From the NCBI GenBank assembly GCA_037481775.1, contig JBBFKZ010000002.1, positions 64,001-128,000 of the forward strand: a stretch of DNA of 64,000 bases, given 5' to 3'. Positions 59,888 to 64,000 of this stretch are shown here, piece after piece. The stretch is from Candidatus Bathyarchaeia archaeon. Its GTDB lineage: Archaea; Thermoproteota; Bathyarchaeia; Bathyarchaeales; Bathycorpusculaceae. How positions within the stretch are numbered: the stretch's first letter is position 1; every line of letters starts with the position of its first letter. The notes below the pieces were generated by a model, which had not been told where the DNA came from, did no database searches, and saw nothing but the letters and a program-made list of their open reading frames with translations. Made by a program: the position numbers and the translations under genes.

Positions 59888-60868
59888 ATGACTTTAAACC
59901 CGCAAGAATACGAGGCTATTCTCCCGAAAGCCCGCGCTTTAGTGAATAAGGTTGTCCAGAGAAACATGGCTGATGCCATGCTATTTTCCGCAGGAACCGA
60001 CACGCAGATCATAGCTTACGAAGCCGTGAAGTATAAGCCTGCTATTCCATGTTTAACTATGCATTTTAAGCATGGAAACCCCGCTGACACTGAATATGTA
60101 AAGAAGATGGTGGCTTTCCTAAAGCTTAATCATGAAACGCACATTTTCGGCCGCGAAGAAGTTCTCGGCAATGCACCAAAAGTTGTGGAAGCCTTGAAGA
60201 AGTTTGATCCGATGGAGATACGAAACAGCATGCCTGTTTACATTGGCTTGACGATTCTCAAGGAAAAAGGTTTGAAGAGCGTTTTCACAGGCGACGCCCT
60301 GGATGAGCTTTTCGGTTATCCATGGCAATTCCACCTGTCTGAAGCAGAGTTCGCCAAGAGGCAACAGGACATGTGGGCTGAAATGAGCTTCTCCTCGATA
60401 CCCATGGCTGCGTCGCTTGGAATGACCATTAAAGCGCCTTACTTGGATCCTGAATTCATGGATTGGGCGAAGAACCTTCCAATCAAGCTAAAGATTAACA
60501 TGTATAATGGCGTGAAGTATAGCAAGTGGATACTCCGTAAGGCTTACGAGGACGTAATTCCCAAAGAGCTTATCTGGCGACCTAAAGCGCCCCTAGAGCA
60601 GGGAACAGGCACCGAAGTCCTGCGAACGTTCTTCGACGAGGAAATTTCAGACGAGGAGTTCAAAGAGAAGAAGCGGCGCATTTTGGAGGAGGATGAAGTT
60701 CGAATTCAGGATAAGGAGCAGCTGCTCTATTACGAGTTCTTCCGAAAACGCTTCGGCAAGCCTAAGGATGTATACCCAGACAACGGCGGAAAACAGTGCC
60801 CCAACTGCAAAAGCTACGTAAAAACCAAAATTCAATTCTGCAAAGTATGCGGAGCCTACCCAATTTAA
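59888..60868 (+). CDS. Asparagine synthetase-like synthetase domain (no glutaminase domain) with C-terminal Zn ribbon
   Basis: 'FSAGTDT' PP-loop variant, 'TGDALDELFGY', 'APYLD', 'KWILRKA', 'WRPK', 'CPNC...CKVCG'. Confidence 0.82.
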   Translation: MTLNPQEYEAILPKARALVNKVVQRNMADAMLFSAGTDTQIIAYEAVKYKPAIPCLTMHFKHGNPADTEYVKKMVAFLKLNHETHIFGREEVLGNAPKVVEALKKFDPMEIRNSMPVYIGLTILKEKGLKSVFTGDALDELFGYPWQFHLSEAEFAKRQQDMWAEMSFSSIPMAASLGMTIKAPYLDPEFMDWAKNLPIKLKINMYNGVKYSKWILRKAYEDVIPKELIWRPKAPLEQGTGTEVLRTFFDEEISDEEFKEKKRRILEEDEVRIQDKEQLLYYEFFRKRFGKPKDVYPDNGGKQCPNCKSYVKTKIQFCKVCGAYPI

Positions 60869-60966
60869 CCCTTCTTCACTGCCGTTTTTTCTGGTATGCA
60901 TGCTGGATTCTGGGAAAGCCTTAATTCTTACTCTGTTTTTCACATGAAGATTGAAGTGAGTGTGTT

Positions 60967-62031
60967 ATGGCTTCGCTGACACAGCTAAAGTTTGCGATGG
61001 CAACAAGCATCTTCATAGCTTCCTTCATATTCGGCCTATTCATGGTCGGCGTAGTTTTTCTTCTGCAATACTATGTTTTCGGCTTTGACCTATTGACCGG
61101 CCTTCTGCTTACCTTAGGCGGCATAGGCCTATTCATACTATTCCAGTATTTCATCGGGCCAGCGGTTGTGGCTGCAACTGCTCGGTTACGTTATCTCAAG
61201 CCCGGCGAGAACCCATGGCTCGAATCAACCGTGAAGGAGCTGGCTGAAAAAAGCGGTGTGCCAATGCCGCGGCTGGCGCTGGCACCTGACAACACGCCGA
61301 ACGCTTTCGTTTTCGGCACTTCAGCCAAGAACGCTACGCTTGCGGTGCATGAAGGCCTGCTGCGAACCTTAAACAAGGACGAGATACGCGCCGTGATTGC
61401 GCATGAGCTTGGGCACATAAGGCACAAGGATTTTGTGGTTATGACTGTGCTTTCCGCTTTGCCGCTGATCGCCTACTTAATCGCGCAGTTTGCGATGCGG
61501 GCGGGAATGTATAGCTCATACTCGCGGCGGAGAGACCGCGAAGGAAACGCAGGTGCAGTTCTACTGATTATCGGCGTTGTCTCATTTATTGTGTATTTGA
61601 TAACTTTTCTTAGCGTAAGATGGCTTAGCCGGTTACGTGAGCATTACGCTGATGCTTACTCGGCTTATCTCACCGGCTCGCCTCGGAGTTTGGCAAGCGG
61701 TCTTGCTAAGATTACTTATGGCTTGTAGATTTCTCCTAAAGCTCCTGAAGGTGCACGTGCTTTCTACATAGGTGATCCGGTGCAAGCGAAGCAGGAGATA
61801 CATGAAGTTATGAAAAGCAAATCTGAATATGACTTGGACCGTGACGGAGTTCTCGATGAGCGCGAACTGGAGTTGGCGATGGAGCGGGAAGCCAAGTCAG
61901 TGTGGGTGACGATGAACAGCTGGTTTGCAACGCATCCGCCGACTTTTAAGCGCATCCTACTTCTGCGCGAGATAGAGCAGGAGATGGCGACGGGAAAATA
62001 TACTGTTGACCGCGTGTATGCCCGCGTTTAG
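60967..62031 (+). pseudogene. htpX: HtpX/M48 zinc metalloprotease interrupted by an in-frame TAG (61726-61728)
   Basis: 'PNAF', 'AHELGH', 'SRLREHYAD' before the stop. The same frame continues 'ISPKAPEGARAFYIGDP...FATHPPTFKRI'. Confidence 0.85.
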
Positions 62032-62113
62032 CCATGCTTCTTTTTAGAAGTTATTACACGAGCATTGCCGTAGCGTAAGCTTCTCTGATTGCGTGCCTTT
62101 TTTTGGGTTGGTT

Positions 62114-63244
62114 TTATTGTTCTGTTACTTCTTGTTGTGTGTGTTTAGCCATTAACGCTGCTACTGTGCCGATAGCCGCTGCTGCTATGGCGACGCCTAT
62201 TAAGGCGGTTAAGAAGAGCGGTATTACAATTACCGTTTCTTCGGCGCTTATGGCGCCTGCGTATGCGTCGTTGCCTTGCCATGAAGCGCGGATGAAGTGT
62301 AATCCTGCGTCTTTAGCTGTCCAGGCGTATTGGAAATGGCCGTTTGGCTGTGTTACTGTTGTTCCTATTATCTTCCATGGTGAACCGTTAAGGCTTGCGT
62401 AAAGTGTTATGTTCTCGCTTGGCACAGTCGGCGTAAGTTGCCCGTTAATGGTGATTACGCCGTTTTGGATGGCGATAGCTGCGGTTTCTAGCGTCAAGTA
62501 GCTGGGTGTTACAGTGGTGAAGGTGGCGGAAACCTGGCCCGGCGCCACTTGCTCAGCATCTTCAAGTGTAATTACTTTTGCGGCGACCTTCTTCAAATCC
62601 TCTGGGCATTCGCCGATGCGCCAGCCATTTTCCCAGTTTCCCCCTGTACATTCTGCAATGTAATATTTGCGACCGCTGTGTGTTATGTAGTACGCGTTTT
62701 CTCTGGCATCTTCTGGCGGCATAGCGAGATGTGCTGCGATGTTCATGTGTGTTTGCTCCTCATAATATAGTAGCACGACGTCTAAGCCGCCGGCTATCAT
62801 TATCGAAGCGGCGATGTAGGAGAAGAGGTCGCAGTCGCCTTGGCCGTCCACCATGGTTTCAACGGGGTATTTCGCGGGTTTGGTTTCTACGTAGGTTATC
62901 TGGTGGACTATCATGAGGACGCCGTTGGCGAAGTCTTCTTCGTTATGGTAGATTTCCCAGAGTCTATCTGCTATGGGCTTTAGCGCGTAGGGAGTTACGA
63001 ACTTTGGGAAGTCGCTGGGTGTGGCTGAGCGGTGATTTTTCTCTGCGTAATATTCTCGGAGGGTTTCAGGGATTGCTATGTTAAGTTTGTAAGTTATTTT
63101 GCCGTCTGGCTTGTTTAGAAGTTGATATGTTATGGTGTAGTCTTGCGCGTGTACGATGGCGATATTGGCGAATATGATTATTGCAATTGTTAGCGTTATC
63201 GCCGTTTTTGCGGGTGTCCTACTCATCTCTTTATCGAGTAGCAA
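62114..63244 (-). CDS. Membrane-anchored transglutaminase-like protein with Ig-like domain
   Basis: Signal peptide, 'GDCDL' (C), 'HMNIA' (H), 'YIAECT', Ig-like 'T.NG.LTP...G.F.Y.W....AG...IRASW.G', C-terminal TM. Confidence 0.75.
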   Translation of the reverse strand: MLLDKEMSRTPAKTAITLTIAIIIFANIAIVHAQDYTITYQLLNKPDGKITYKLNIAIPETLREYYAEKNHRSATPSDFPKFVTPYALKPIADRLWEIYHNEEDFANGVLMIVHQITYVETKPAKYPVETMVDGQGDCDLFSYIAASIMIAGGLDVVLLYYEEQTHMNIAAHLAMPPEDARENAYYITHSGRKYYIAECTGGNWENGWRIGECPEDLKKVAAKVITLEDAEQVAPGQVSATFTTVTPSYLTLETAAIAIQNGVITINGQLTPTVPSENITLYASLNGSPWKIIGTTVTQPNGHFQYAWTAKDAGLHFIRASWQGNDAYAGAISAEETVIVIPLFLTALIGVAIAAAAIGTVAALMAKHTQQEVTEQ

Positions 63245-63298
63245 TATTTGAGACTGCCTTATTAGCTCTTATGCCCACCCAATAACTACTAATAATCA

Positions 63299-64000
63299 TT
63301 AATTAACTTCCCAGACAACTCTGCCGCCTATTTTCGCTATCTCGCTGGAAAGCTGGCTTATCGCCCGCTGCAGCCTCTCATCCAAGTTTCCCGCGTCGTC
63401 TGCTGAAATAGAGAAGTGCAGTTCAATATGCGGCATGCTTTCCCGACCTTTCGGATGCGACTTCACATAAATGCCCGCGTTATCCCGCATGACCTTATCT
63501 ATAAGCGGCGCCAAATTCGACTCCATCACGCCTTCAACGTAGATGCTTTTTTCGCGGAAAACACTCTTGCCCGCTGCCTCCTTGAGCAGTGGTTCTACAG
63601 TCTGGTGGAAGATGGCCTCCATCTCCGAGGGGACACCGGGCAGCGCCAGCAAAGTTGTCTCTTTCAGGCTTATTAGGGCTGCAGGCGCGGTTCCCACAGG
63701 GTTAGGAATAGGCTTCGCTTTTCTGGGCAACGTTGCCATTTTGATCCGCGGCGGCGTAAGCTCAACTTTTTCTACACCTTGCTCCTTCGCATACGCTTCA
63801 TATCTTTCCCTAACCATCTGTAGCGCTTCTTTGTTCACTTTCAGACTGCGCCTCAACGCTTTTGCTATGCCCTCCAGCGTTTTGTCGTCGAAAGTTGGCC
63901 CAAGACCGCCGGTGGTTATAATGAAGTGCGGTTTACGCTTGAACGCTTCGCGGACAGCGCTTGCTATTTCGTTTACGTCGTCGGCGACCACTGTTATACG
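63299..64000 (-). CDS. cinA: CinA/MoCF-biosynthesis-domain protein (5' end outside the window)
   Basis: 'V.DD', 'ITTGGLGPTFDDKT', 'NPVGTAP', 'LPGVPSEM', 'YVKSHPK'. Confidence 0.85.
   Translation of the reverse strand, partial: RITVVADDVNEIASAVREAFKRKPHFIITTGGLGPTFDDKTLEGIAKALRRSLKVNKEALQMVRERYEAYAKEQGVEKVELTPPRIKMATLPRKAKPIPNPVGTAPAALISLKETTLLALPGVPSEMEAIFHQTVEPLLKEAAGKSVFREKSIYVEGVMESNLAPLIDKVMRDNAGIYVKSHPKGRESMPHIELHFSISADDAGNLDERLQRAISQLSSEIAKIGGRVVWEVN

Overview
Archaeal genomic DNA, most likely Bathyarchaeia. That assignment is inferred from gene content: TBP, pelota, Lsm-rpl37e, archaeal RNase P RNA, clustered methanofuran genes, a group 4 [NiFe] hydrogenase and large PQQ-like beta-propeller surface proteins. 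The backbone carries an mfnB-A-D-F-E cluster with a divergent HisA-like gene, an FrhB-CBS fusion, a [NiFe] hydrogenase operon in complex I order (A-B-CD-H-I-J-K-L-M-N), hypF-C-D, an NfnAB pair preceded by a (ferredoxin-MvhD)x2 gene, tRNA-Ser(TGA), tRNA-Val(GAC) and the RNase P RNA. The most striking accessory feature is a 4.5-kb element integrated in tRNA-Val(GAC) at 37567-42105. It is bounded by perfect 41-bp direct repeats matching the 5' half of the tRNA. Its SSV1-type integrase is split by the att site into an RHH-like N fragment and a catalytic C fragment that rejoin in frame on excision. It also carries a second, minimal tyrosine recombinase, a candidate novel Rep with internal repeats and several palindromes. 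Other observations: apparent ACG/ATT/CTG start codons, an htpX with an in-frame TAG, and a secreted clan CD peptidase-like protein paired with a PepSY-like protein. All calls come from reading motifs by eye; no database searches were run.
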